Shown: positions 22,160 through 30,424 of the stretch, in pieces | How the letters are laid out: the number at the start of each line of letters is the position of its first letter | Position numbering within the stretch: the stretch's first letter is position 1 | Virus record (IMG/VR): IMGVR_UViG_3300017963_000205 | Length of the DNA: 64,000 nucleotides | DNA from: an uncultured virus (IMG/VR IMGVR_UViG_3300017963_000205) | Taxonomy: Duplodnaviria > Heunggongvirae > Uroviricota > Caudoviricetes | Reading direction: 5' to 3' (one strand) | Position numbers and translations under genes: made by a program | Notes under the pieces: model-generated | Database searches by the model: none | What the model saw: the letters and a program-made list of their open reading frames with translations, nothing else | Told to the model about the DNA's origin: nothing

Positions 22160-23065
22160 ATGGCCATCATCGGCACTATCGATCTGGGCGAGCAGCTGCG
22201 CAGCGTGACGGTCGATCACGACCCCACGTCGACACCCACCAACGTATATAAGGGCTCCCAGATCTACAGCACGGCCACGTCCAAGTGGTACACCAAGGAC
22301 GATGACGGCTCCACCACAAACGTAACGGAAGTCGGACCCCCGGGCGCGACGGGCGCTACGGGGGCTACCGGCTCGGACGGAGCTACGGGGGTCACTGGCC
22401 CGCAGGGGGCCATTGGCATTACCGGCGCGACCGGGCAGCAAGGAGTGACCGGTAATCAGGGCCCGACAGGTTCGATCGGTCCAACGGGCGCCACTGGCCC
22501 CAACGGCGTGACGGGGGCGACGGGCCCTCAAGGGGCACAAGGGGCAACGGGGCCGCAGGGCGCCACCGGCGATCAGGGTCCGGCGGGGGCCACAGGTCCG
22601 CAGGGCGCTACGGGGGCGCAAGGCGTTATTGGTGCGACGGGCGTCACAGGGGTCACAGGGGCCTCGGGCACAACGGGGCCCGGCTATCAGGACCATCAAT
22701 ATTCCAGTTCACACGGCGAAAGCTCAACCACGTCAAAAACGACGTGGTCGACCAAGACCTCGTTCACGACGCCGACGCTGACTGGTATGTACAGGGTTGG
22801 CTTCTCGGCGTTCCTGTATATGAGTTCTGGTGGCGATATTGAGGTTCAAATCTACGACGTCACCAATAGCGTGGCTTACAAGCACAGAACGTTCTACCTG
22901 GACTCGGACGACGATGGCGTGAACTACGCGGGGTTCTTTCACATCGACTTCACGAGTCAGTCACGTCAGTTTGCCCTGCGATGGAAAGGCGCCGCCGTCG
23001 GAGGCCCCACGCGCACGTTCTATATCTCGGACGCGGATCTTGAGTTCTGGAAGATCCCAACGTAG
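22160..23065 (+). CDS. Collagen-like fibre protein
   Basis: GAT/GPQ triplets; N-domain paralogous to previous gene. Confidence 0.85.
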   Translation: MAIIGTIDLGEQLRSVTVDHDPTSTPTNVYKGSQIYSTATSKWYTKDDDGSTTNVTEVGPPGATGATGATGSDGATGVTGPQGAIGITGATGQQGVTGNQGPTGSIGPTGATGPNGVTGATGPQGAQGATGPQGATGDQGPAGATGPQGATGAQGVIGATGVTGVTGASGTTGPGYQDHQYSSSHGESSTTSKTTWSTKTSFTTPTLTGMYRVGFSAFLYMSSGGDIEVQIYDVTNSVAYKHRTFYLDSDDDGVNYAGFFHIDFTSQSRQFALRWKGAAVGGPTRTFYISDADLEFWKIPT

Positions 23066-23076
23066 GAGGAGGAAGC

Positions 23077-24096
23077 GTGTCTTACAGCTACACGTACTCG
23101 ATTGCCGACGACTTCCCGGACGGCGGCGCCAACACGGCCAAACTCCACGACGAGATCCAAGCCTCTTCGATTGTTACGGCATTGGATGATGTCAGCACTT
23201 CCGGCGACACGCTCACTGTGCGATTCAAAACGCAACTCTCTTCGGCCGACAAAACGACACTGGATGGGGATACGACAGAACCGTGCGGGGGCCTGATCGC
23301 CGCTCACGACAACACGCCAAGTGATCCCACCACACAATCTGTGGTTATCGAAGAGACTGCTGAAGTCGTGCCGTGGCCAGCGACCAAGGGCTTCAGGACC
23401 TGGTTCACGGGGGCGGGCGACAATCTCAATCCCACGCCTCCGGCTTCGGGCGTGGGCGACGGCCAGAACCTGCGATTGAGCTTTGACGGGGAAGACGGAA
23501 ACAAGGCAGTGGACATCCAGTTCCAGGCCCCCGTGGAGCTGCACGACGGCGAGGTCTTCTACTCCCCCGTGGCCAACTGGGACATGGACGACCGCTTCAG
23601 CTTCTCGGTGGTTATGCCTGCCACGCCCTATGAGGAGATCCCGCAAGGCAGCTCGTCTTCCTCCTCTTCAGGCGGCGAGGAGCCCATCCCCGTGCTGCCC
23701 TACAACACGGGCCTGGGATACAGCATTCTGATTCCCAACCACCCGCACGCGACGCATCGGGTTTACCCGTCGCAGTGCGTGCCCGTGCCGACGAGCAATG
23801 AGCAGTTGAGCAACACCGGGTATTGGGATGCTGAATTCTTTACGGGGGTGGTCTCGCCTAGCGCCGGGGCTCCCCTGACCAACACAGGCGTCTTCCATCT
23901 GTTGAACGTGCAGGTCGAGGTCTTCTTCCTCAAAAACATTCCCATGGGCAACCCCTTGGGCGTCTTCGAGGTGGACGTCTACAAGGCGGAATGGGTGCAT
24001 CCCAACTGGAAGATGCGCATGGCCGCCAACAAGCAAAGTTCCGGGGTGGGGGAAATGGCGGCGTGGTTGATGCTGTTCCGAGAACTAACCAGCTGA
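23077..24096 (+). CDS. Putative virion protein with internal poly-Ser
   Basis: GGAGGAGG RBS; QGSSSSSSSGG. Confidence 0.6.
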   Translation: MSYSYTYSIADDFPDGGANTAKLHDEIQASSIVTALDDVSTSGDTLTVRFKTQLSSADKTTLDGDTTEPCGGLIAAHDNTPSDPTTQSVVIEETAEVVPWPATKGFRTWFTGAGDNLNPTPPASGVGDGQNLRLSFDGEDGNKAVDIQFQAPVELHDGEVFYSPVANWDMDDRFSFSVVMPATPYEEIPQGSSSSSSSGGEEPIPVLPYNTGLGYSILIPNHPHATHRVYPSQCVPVPTSNEQLSNTGYWDAEFFTGVVSPSAGAPLTNTGVFHLLNVQVEVFFLKNIPMGNPLGVFEVDVYKAEWVHPNWKMRMAANKQSSGVGEMAAWLMLFRELTS

Positions 24097-24108
24097 GGTG
24101 ACCCGTGA

Positions 24109-24807
24109 ATGAAGACGGTTATCGTGTCGGACATCCACATTGGCAGCGTCCGCTGCGAGCTGGAAGCCTTCAAGAGCTTCCTGTTCACGCTCGAATGTGA
24201 CCGCCTGATCATTGCCGGGGACCTGTTTGATCTCTGGGACGAGGACGCCGAGACCCTTCGACAGAAGCACAAGAGCCTGCAAACCTTCTTCGATCGGCTC
24301 TACGCCAAAAAGGTCATTGTTGAGTACCTGCTGGGCAACCACGACAGCGCCTACCTGGAAGACCCCGTTCTCGACACCAACACCGTGCCCGTCCGGCCCC
24401 ACTTCACGGCCGTGCGTGCGGGCAAGCGCAAGGTGGCCGTCATCCACGGTCATCAGTTCGACCACATGATGTTGTGGTATTACCCCCTCTACCGCCTCAG
24501 TTCGTGGACCCGCAAGGTCTGCGAGCACCTCTTCATGAAGCCTCCCAAACCACGGGCCTACGACGCTCCTTCCTACTTCAAGGACCGCAACAGCTACCAG
24601 CGCTTGAAGGACGGGATGCGGGAGAAGGCTCGGAGGCACTACGGCAAGATGGGTTTTGACGTTCTGGTGATGGGCCACCTGCACACGCCCGAGCACGTCC
24701 GTGGAGACGGACGGATCGAGTACGTGAATGCCGGGGAGTGGAAAGGCTCCAACACCTACGTCGAGATCGACGGCGAGTCCGTCAAGCTCATGCACTACAG
24801 CCTCTAA
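24109..24807 (+). CDS. Metallophosphoesterase, LpxH-like
   Basis: SDIHIG, GDLFD, GNHD, HGHQFD, MGHLH motifs. Confidence 0.85.
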   Translation: MKTVIVSDIHIGSVRCELEAFKSFLFTLECDRLIIAGDLFDLWDEDAETLRQKHKSLQTFFDRLYAKKVIVEYLLGNHDSAYLEDPVLDTNTVPVRPHFTAVRAGKRKVAVIHGHQFDHMMLWYYPLYRLSSWTRKVCEHLFMKPPKPRAYDAPSYFKDRNSYQRLKDGMREKARRHYGKMGFDVLVMGHLHTPEHVRGDGRIEYVNAGEWKGSNTYVEIDGESVKLMHYSL

Positions 24808-24832
24808 AATAACCCCCTGAAGGGGTTAGGAT
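24804..24832 (+). promoter_or_regulatory. Phage promoter motif, copy 3
   Basis: CTAAAA-N17-TAGGAT. Confidence 0.5.
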
Positions 24833-24849
24833 AAAGTACGCACCTTTAG

Positions 24850-24880
24850 GAGCGGGCCAATTCGGCCCGCTCTTTTCTTT
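24850..24880 (+). terminator. Intrinsic terminator
   Basis: GAGCGGGCC-AATTC-GGCCCGCTC plus T-rich tail. Confidence 0.65.
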
Positions 24881-24903
24881 GACCCGGAGGACAGGAGAGA
24901 GCC

Positions 24904-25110
24904 ATGACGACCAAGGAACGCGAGCGACGGATAGCGCTGCGTAGAGGTCACCAGACCCTACGAATGCTGCGTGCCGAAAAGCTGGATCGGGCGCGGCAGC
25001 GGCTGATCGAGCGTGCCGGCCGGGTCATCCGAGAAGCGGATGACATGCAAGACGTGGTCGAGGCTGCGGGAATCATTGCCCGCACGGAGAAACTTCGAAG
25101 GGGCGCCTAG
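24904..25110 (+). CDS. Small basic hypothetical protein
   Basis: AGGAG RBS; followed by a terminator. Confidence 0.55.
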   Translation: MTTKERERRIALRRGHQTLRMLRAEKLDRARQRLIERAGRVIREADDMQDVVEAAGIIARTEKLRRGA

Positions 25111-25256
25111 CGCCCTTTTTTAGGTATTCGCGCCTGGCTGGGCCGCTTCTTCCGACCGCACCTGAGACAAACGGCCGTACTGCCCCGCTTCTCGTGTCGC
25201 GTGGTTTTCAGGCAGACCGTGCAGTACCGGTTTTCGTATTCGTTTCCCTTCCTCAT
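25107..25256 (-). CDS. Small zinc-ribbon protein (49 aa)
   Basis: MRKGNEYENRYCTVCLKTTRHEKRGSTAVCLRCGRKK; not in ORF track. Confidence 0.5.
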   Translation of the reverse strand: MRKGNEYENRYCTVCLKTTRHEKRGSTAVCLRCGRKKRPSQARIPKKGR

Positions 25257-25294
25257 GGGCGAATCTTATCACAGGCGGGCCTTCGGCCCAGCCT

Positions 25295-25323
25295 CTAAAT
25301 TCAGCCCCCGCAGGCGTTAAAAT
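25295..25323 (+). promoter_or_regulatory. Phage promoter motif, copy 4
   Basis: CTAAAT-N17-TAAAAT then CATGTGCAGGAC. Confidence 0.65.
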
Positions 25324-25359
25324 CATGTGCAGGACTTACCTTTAACCGGAGGGAGATAA

Positions 25360-25869
25360 ATGGGGACGTTAGCCGAGTACCTCACAGAGGGGGCTGAAGA
25401 GGCCGCCCAGAGCTTCATCGAGTTCTCTCGGTTGCGAGAGACGAACATACTGGCGTATTCGCTGGCTCGGCTGATAAAGAATGCCGAGATCTACCAGCGA
25501 TTGATGGATTTGGGGGCCTCGGAGGGACTCCTCCGACCGTCGTTTCAGCAGATGCGCCGACACTACGAGGATGTCCAGTTTCTCCTCGACCAGGCTGAGA
25601 GAATCAGCCACGCGTCTGACTTCGTGCAGACCGCGCAAAAAGATATCACGCTTCATCGGGCCATTACCGACTTGCGGTCTCAGATCCGGATCGTCGAGGC
25701 GGAGCCTTCGGCGGCGAACCGGAAGGAGGCAATGCGGGTGGGTGCTGCTCACATTGAAGCCGTTCGCTTGGTGCCGCCGGAACACGACGTGGACAAACTA
25801 TGCTGCTTCACCGAACTGTCCATAAAGTTGGCTCACCTGCTGGCCAAATACAAAGCGATGGAGGGCTGA
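25360..25869 (+). CDS. Hypothetical protein
   Basis: GGAGGGAG RBS, 169 aa, helical. Confidence 0.6.
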   Translation: MGTLAEYLTEGAEEAAQSFIEFSRLRETNILAYSLARLIKNAEIYQRLMDLGASEGLLRPSFQQMRRHYEDVQFLLDQAERISHASDFVQTAQKDITLHRAITDLRSQIRIVEAEPSAANRKEAMRVGAAHIEAVRLVPPEHDVDKLCCFTELSIKLAHLLAKYKAMEG

Positions 25870-25871
25870 TC

Positions 25872-26066
25872 ATGGGACAGCCCGAACGCCTCGGTCAGAT
25901 CCTTCAGCGGGTCCTGGCCGAGATGGAGGAAAAACGCAGGTACGAACGCAAGGGCAGGCAACTGAACCTGCCCTTTGGCCCGATTTCGGAACCGGTTCCG
26001 AAGTCCACGGAGGGGAGAGAGGGGCGATCATGCCCGCTGAAGAGAAGGAAACCAACTGGGGCGTAG
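25872..26066 (+). CDS. Small hypothetical protein
   Basis: GGAGG RBS, operon position. Confidence 0.4.
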   Translation: MGQPERLGQILQRVLAEMEEKRRYERKGRQLNLPFGPISEPVPKSTEGREGRSCPLKRRKPTGA

Positions 26067-26152
26067 TGATCGGGACGATCGTGGGCTACGCCTTGCTCCT
26101 GTTGTTTTTCAGTTAGCCCGAGCGTACGAGCGCTCACATCCTGGAGAAACAA

Positions 26153-26464
26153 ATGATCTGCTGCCAGAAGGAACGTACGACTAAGTTCTGCCCGGACTGT
26201 GGAGCCCTGCTGGCCGGCACGGACCCACTAGATACGCTCATGGCACACTGCCGCTCCCAGGAGAACCTGAAGGCCCAGGAACTCGCTCGTGCTGAGAAAG
26301 ACTTAGAACGAGAGAGGCATCGCGCTGACAAGTTGGATCTTGTTCGTGCGGAAAGGGAGCTGCGGATGGCTCAGGCGCGGCATGCACGGTGGAAGTCTTG
26401 GGTAGAAGCCCTGGCAGAGGTGATTCTCACTGCCGAGGGCAAAGCCAAACAGGGCGCGCAGTAA
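26153..26464 (+). CDS. Zinc-ribbon/coiled-coil protein
   Basis: CC...KFCPDCG then a charged helix; GGAG RBS. Confidence 0.6.
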   Translation: MICCQKERTTKFCPDCGALLAGTDPLDTLMAHCRSQENLKAQELARAEKDLERERHRADKLDLVRAERELRMAQARHARWKSWVEALAEVILTAEGKAKQGAQ

Positions 26465-26483
26465 GGCGCCCTTTTTTTACCTA

Positions 26484-27257
26484 TCAGAGCTGCGCTCGGA
26501 TCTTCTCGGCCTTGTGGGGCTCCAGATCGCCGAGAGCCGCCATCAGCAGCTTCATGTAGTTGTCCTGCCTCGCGCGCGCGTTGTCGTAGGCCCGCTTGGC
26601 AATGACGGCCGTGATCCCGAAGATCAGCCCGCCCAGCAGCAGCACGATTCCCAGCACCGTGATCACCGCAGACACGGGCCACATGTTCACATCCCGCCCC
26701 GCCTTGATATCGGTCTGCAGCGTGGTTTGCATCTTGGTGAGTTTGTTGGACAGGCCCATTTGAGCGGCGACCGTGGCGTCGGCCTGCCCTGCCACGTTTC
26801 CCAGTTCGGTCTTGATGTCCGAGAGCGCCTTCATCTGGTTGTCGATCTTGGCGTCCATCTTGTTGGTCACGGTCACGTTGGCGCTGAAGTTGGCCCTCAG
26901 CTCGGCGACGGCCGAGACCGTGCTGGTCAGATCGGCTCTCAGGTCGGCGTACATCTTGTTCTCCAGCTTGGCCTCCAGATTGAGAAGCCCCTTCATGTTG
27001 GCCTCCAGCTTGTGAAGCTGCGCCACGATATGGCCGGACAGCTGGGCCTGGTTGGCTGCCAGATCGGTCTTGACGTTCTGCGAGACGCGGGCGGCCGTGT
27101 CCTCCACGATCTTGTCCGTGTCCGCCTGCTTCACCTCGACCTTGGGTGGCGGGACGTTGATGTGGGTTTCCGTGACGGGATCGGACGACTGCCTGGATTC
27201 GTTGTCGGCCACGCAGCCGACCAGCAGAAGCAGGAACAGGAGGGGGACCAGGCGCAT
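26484..27257 (-). CDS. Lipoprotein with coiled coil and C-terminal TM helix (spanin-like topology)
   Basis: MRLVPLLFLLLLVG-C lipobox; VITVLGIVLLLGGLIFGITAVIA TM segment. Confidence 0.65.
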   Translation of the reverse strand: MRLVPLLFLLLLVGCVADNESRQSSDPVTETHINVPPPKVEVKQADTDKIVEDTAARVSQNVKTDLAANQAQLSGHIVAQLHKLEANMKGLLNLEAKLENKMYADLRADLTSTVSAVAELRANFSANVTVTNKMDAKIDNQMKALSDIKTELGNVAGQADATVAAQMGLSNKLTKMQTTLQTDIKAGRDVNMWPVSAVITVLGIVLLLGGLIFGITAVIAKRAYDNARARQDNYMKLLMAALGDLEPHKAEKIRAQL

Positions 27258-27267
27258 TTGCGGGCTC

Positions 27268-27296
27268 CTAAATCAAGTCCTCTTTCGGGTTACAAT
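27268..27296 (+). promoter_or_regulatory. Phage promoter motif, copy 5
   Basis: CTAAAT-N17-TACAAT. Confidence 0.6.
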
Positions 27297-27340
27297 ACCT
27301 TGCTGGACCGGTTTTTACTAACTCTTTCAGGAGGTGTGGA

Positions 27341-27739
27341 ATGAGCACGGAGATCAGGTTTCAGTTCGAGGCGGCAAAAGGGCTGTTTGAGAGGGCAGGC
27401 CGTGAGCTGTACTCGGGTCTTTCTGAGATCCGTACTCGTCAACAGCTCTTGGACTTCTCCAGCAAATGCTGGCCGAAGTACCTGAAGATGGTCAGCCAGG
27501 GCCAGCTTTATTTCGAGGTGGCCAAAGAGTCGTTGGAGGAGATGGAGCCGGTCGGCTCCGCACACAAAAAGCTGTCAGAGCTTCAACATGAAGCGATGGG
27601 CAGCTACGTCGCTCTCGCGTGCGCCATGCAGGCGTACAGCAACATGGCGACCCACATGAAAACGCGGACCCTGCTTTCTCCGCAGGGCTTCGTGCGCCTC
27701 TTTGAGGCGGCAAAAACATCAGTGTTGGAGGGCCGGTAA
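27341..27739 (+). CDS. Hypothetical protein
   Basis: AGGAGGT RBS. Confidence 0.6.
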   Translation: MSTEIRFQFEAAKGLFERAGRELYSGLSEIRTRQQLLDFSSKCWPKYLKMVSQGQLYFEVAKESLEEMEPVGSAHKKLSELQHEAMGSYVALACAMQAYSNMATHMKTRTLLSPQGFVRLFEAAKTSVLEGR

Positions 27740-27782
27740 TCGGGCTTCTGACTTTTCGTCAACTCTAATGAAAGGGGGTCCT

Positions 27783-28349
27783 ATGTTTGGATTCCTGTTC
27801 AACCTGTGCTCTTACCTGCCGGCCATCTACGTGATCCCGGCATACATGTCAGTCGCCGTGCTGTTTGCGGCCTTCTGGCTTCTGGTCGTCCCGAACCTGC
27901 TCACGCTGGTGAAGGACAACGTCGGCGAGATTCCCGCCAAGATTCTGCACTGGGGCGCCGGTGTCGGAACGTTCGCCCTGAGCGGCATGATCGCCATGCT
28001 GGTCCACCACTTCTTCCCCTTGTTCCCCTGCAAGCGGGCGAGGCTCTACGGGAACGTGCCGGTCAGCGATGTCGTGGCCTGCATCGCCGTGATCTTCTGC
28101 GGGTTTTTCGTGGCGCACAACATCGCTGCCAATCTGCGGGAGCTGACCACCTGGGGGATGAGAATCCTGATCGGGACGCTGTCGGCAAACGCGCTCTACC
28201 AGTCGCTGATCGCGTCGTACAACCTTCTTAGTTTTGCGGCAGTCACGCGCCTCTGGAAGAAGAAGGAAGCGGACGCCAAGCAGCTGGTCTCCGATGTCAT
28301 CAACACCGGCATTCCCGGCATCACGAAGGGGGTGCCGGCCGTTTCCTGA
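27783..28349 (+). CDS. Multi-pass membrane protein
   Basis: Several hydrophobic segments. Confidence 0.6.
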   Translation: MFGFLFNLCSYLPAIYVIPAYMSVAVLFAAFWLLVVPNLLTLVKDNVGEIPAKILHWGAGVGTFALSGMIAMLVHHFFPLFPCKRARLYGNVPVSDVVACIAVIFCGFFVAHNIAANLRELTTWGMRILIGTLSANALYQSLIASYNLLSFAAVTRLWKKKEADAKQLVSDVINTGIPGITKGVPAVS

Positions 28350-28374
28350 CCCGTTTTGGCCGGGCCTCAAAAGG

Positions 28375-28403
28375 CTAAAAAAAGGGCTCAAACGAGGTAG
28401 TAT
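28375..28403 (+). promoter_or_regulatory. Phage promoter motif, copy 6
   Basis: CTAAAA-N17-TAGTAT. Confidence 0.6.
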
Positions 28404-28486
28404 CCCATAGAGCACACGTACATTTCCCTACGGGAAACCGGCCTCGTGCTCGGGTCGGTTTCCCGCTGTTAAACAGGAGAAACATA

Positions 28487-28879
28487 ATGAGTCCTTTCAT
28501 CGTCTCGCTGATTTGTGCCGCCGTGGCGGCGCTGGTACTCGGCGGCCTGTGGGTCGTTGAGAACGTTCAGGGTTGGCAGACGCTGGCCCGCGCGGTTGCG
28601 GCAGCGATCGGCACCTTTGCCGCGTATCTTGCTTTGAGGTTTTTCACGTTGGGCGCTCTTCAGGTGCTTGCTGTGGTGTCCGGCTTCTCGGCCGTTCTGG
28701 CCACGGTGGGTATCATCGGGGTCATTCTCGGTTTTGTTGTTGTAGGCGTCCCGCTCCTGTCAACATTCGCACAGTCGATCGTTTGGGTCTTGACGTCGGC
28801 TCCCAAACTTGAGGTCGTGCCGCCGTCGCGCTCCATCGCAGCACAAGCAGTCAGACACGCCCGATACGCTTGGAATTAA
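28487..28879 (+). CDS. Multi-pass membrane protein
   Basis: AGGAG RBS; almost entirely hydrophobic. Confidence 0.6.
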   Translation: MSPFIVSLICAAVAALVLGGLWVVENVQGWQTLARAVAAAIGTFAAYLALRFFTLGALQVLAVVSGFSAVLATVGIIGVILGFVVVGVPLLSTFAQSIVWVLTSAPKLEVVPPSRSIAAQAVRHARYAWN

Positions 28880-28947
28880 GTTTTTCTCGGGGCCGGTTTC
28901 GGCTGGCCCCTCGCCCTTTCCGCCTCTTTCTAACCAGGAGAAACAAA

Positions 28948-29271
28948 ATGCCCGCACCTCTTCTCGCTGCAATCCTGTTCGTCGCCGCCGGAATCACACT
29001 GGTGTCGTCCCTGTGGGCCGAGCCCAACAGCAAGACTGACGAGGTTTTGGTCAGTGGCGCCTGCGCGCTGGGCTGGGCCTCGATCGCCGTGACCATTCTG
29101 CATAGCATCCACGTGATGTGGCCGGCCGTTGGCCTTCTGGCCGGATTCGCTTGCGGGATAGCCATTTTCTCGTGTTCCTATGCACTGCTCAATGCGGGCG
29201 ATCACGCCCGTTACGCGGTGTGCAAGCTCTTCGACATTCCCACCGAGCAGGCGCAGGCAGCCGCTGCGTAG
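28948..29271 (+). CDS. Small membrane protein
   Basis: AGGAG RBS; three hydrophobic segments. Confidence 0.6.
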   Translation: MPAPLLAAILFVAAGITLVSSLWAEPNSKTDEVLVSGACALGWASIAVTILHSIHVMWPAVGLLAGFACGIAIFSCSYALLNAGDHARYAVCKLFDIPTEQAQAAAA

Positions 29272-29300
29272 CTAAAAAACGTGCAAAAACGTGCTAGTAT
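29272..29300 (+). promoter_or_regulatory. Phage promoter motif, copy 7
   Basis: CTAAAA-N17-TAGTAT. Confidence 0.6.
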
Positions 29301-29304
29301 GAAG

Positions 29305-29630
29305 TACACACGATGAATTATCTGGACTCCCCGACCTGACTCACGGCGACCTTGGACTCGATCGCTTCGGCCGGCCCCAACCACGGATGCGGGCGGCGGA
29401 CCTTCGATGAAACGGATCTGCCAGTGATCGATCTCTCCCGGCTCCAACCACGGAGGTGAGCGGGAAGCGGCGCTGATCGGTGTGCGCTCGTGAGCGGGTC
29501 AAGTTGAAATCAGGACCCGGTGCGGGTGTTCCGGCCGGGAAACAAGAACAAGTCGGGTCCGGTGAAGTGGAGTTCTCGCCATCGGGCCTGCATTCCAAAT
29601 GGCGGCGCTTATCCCTGGTGCTGCTTAGAA
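29305..29630 (+). ncRNA. Candidate structured RNA or long leader
   Basis: About 330 nt with no convincing ORF after a promoter; two similar hairpins with a compensatory change. Confidence 0.45.
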
Positions 29631-29640
29631 AGGACGTAAG

Positions 29641-30009
29641 ATGGGCACTTTCGTGATCTCCCCCAGGACTTCGGAACGTGAGGTGCGCAACTACATCGTC
29701 GGCGCCAACGTCAGCGCGCGAGCCAAGGTGGAGAAGCTCAAGCTGATCGTTCGGATGGCCACTCGCGCCAACGACGAATACCGGCGCTCCGGCGTCTTCA
29801 GCGAGCGCGGCGAAAAGGCGCGCAAGGAGCGCGACCACTTTGGCCGGCTCTTCGACATCGGCTACGACGCCCTGGCAACCAGCCTGCGCTGCACCCGGCG
29901 CGGCGGCTCCTGGGCCTGGCCGACGGATCTGGAGGACGATCTGAACGAAGCCCGCCGCAGCCGCAATTTCTCCAGCGGCGCGCGTGGACACTGCTTCAGC
30001 CGCTCCTGA
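29641..30009 (+). CDS. Hypothetical protein
   Basis: AAAGGA RBS; followed by GCCCCGGCGCG hairpin terminator. Confidence 0.6.
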   Translation: MGTFVISPRTSEREVRNYIVGANVSARAKVEKLKLIVRMATRANDEYRRSGVFSERGEKARKERDHFGRLFDIGYDALATSLRCTRRGGSWAWPTDLEDDLNEARRSRNFSSGARGHCFSRS

Positions 30010-30104
30010 ACCAACCTCGTCGGTGGCAACACGCCCCGGCGCGTTCTCGCGCCGGGGCAAGTTTTTCTTTCCTTTAACCCTCAGGGGTAGTCAGGAGAAA
30101 CAAA

Positions 30105-30305
30105 ATGTGCGAGGCCACGAAGTTGCGAAAGTTCGTAAAAGTCGGCGATGAGGACAATCTCATATGCTGCACGCGCTGCGGCGGTCTTCGCCTGGGAGAC
30201 CCCGGAGAAAGCGCTGCCGACATCCTCGCCCGTGACGCCGAGCGCATGGGCTGGAGCTGTTCGGAGGAAGGCCCTTTGTGCGACGAGTGCAAAAAAGCCG
30301 CTTAA
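30105..30305 (+). CDS. Small zinc-binding protein
   Basis: CTRCG...GW...GPLCDEC; paralog of 44213..44485. Confidence 0.6.
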   Translation: MCEATKLRKFVKVGDEDNLICCTRCGGLRLGDPGESAADILARDAERMGWSCSEEGPLCDECKKAA

Positions 30306-30424
30306 TAGGGAGCAGAGTAGGCAAGACTCAATGTCGTCCGATAATGCAGCAGGGCTTGCCCTGGTGCTCCGGCACCAGGGCGGGCCTCTGATTTTCCTTA
30401 GCTATTTGGGAACCGGTTCCGAAA

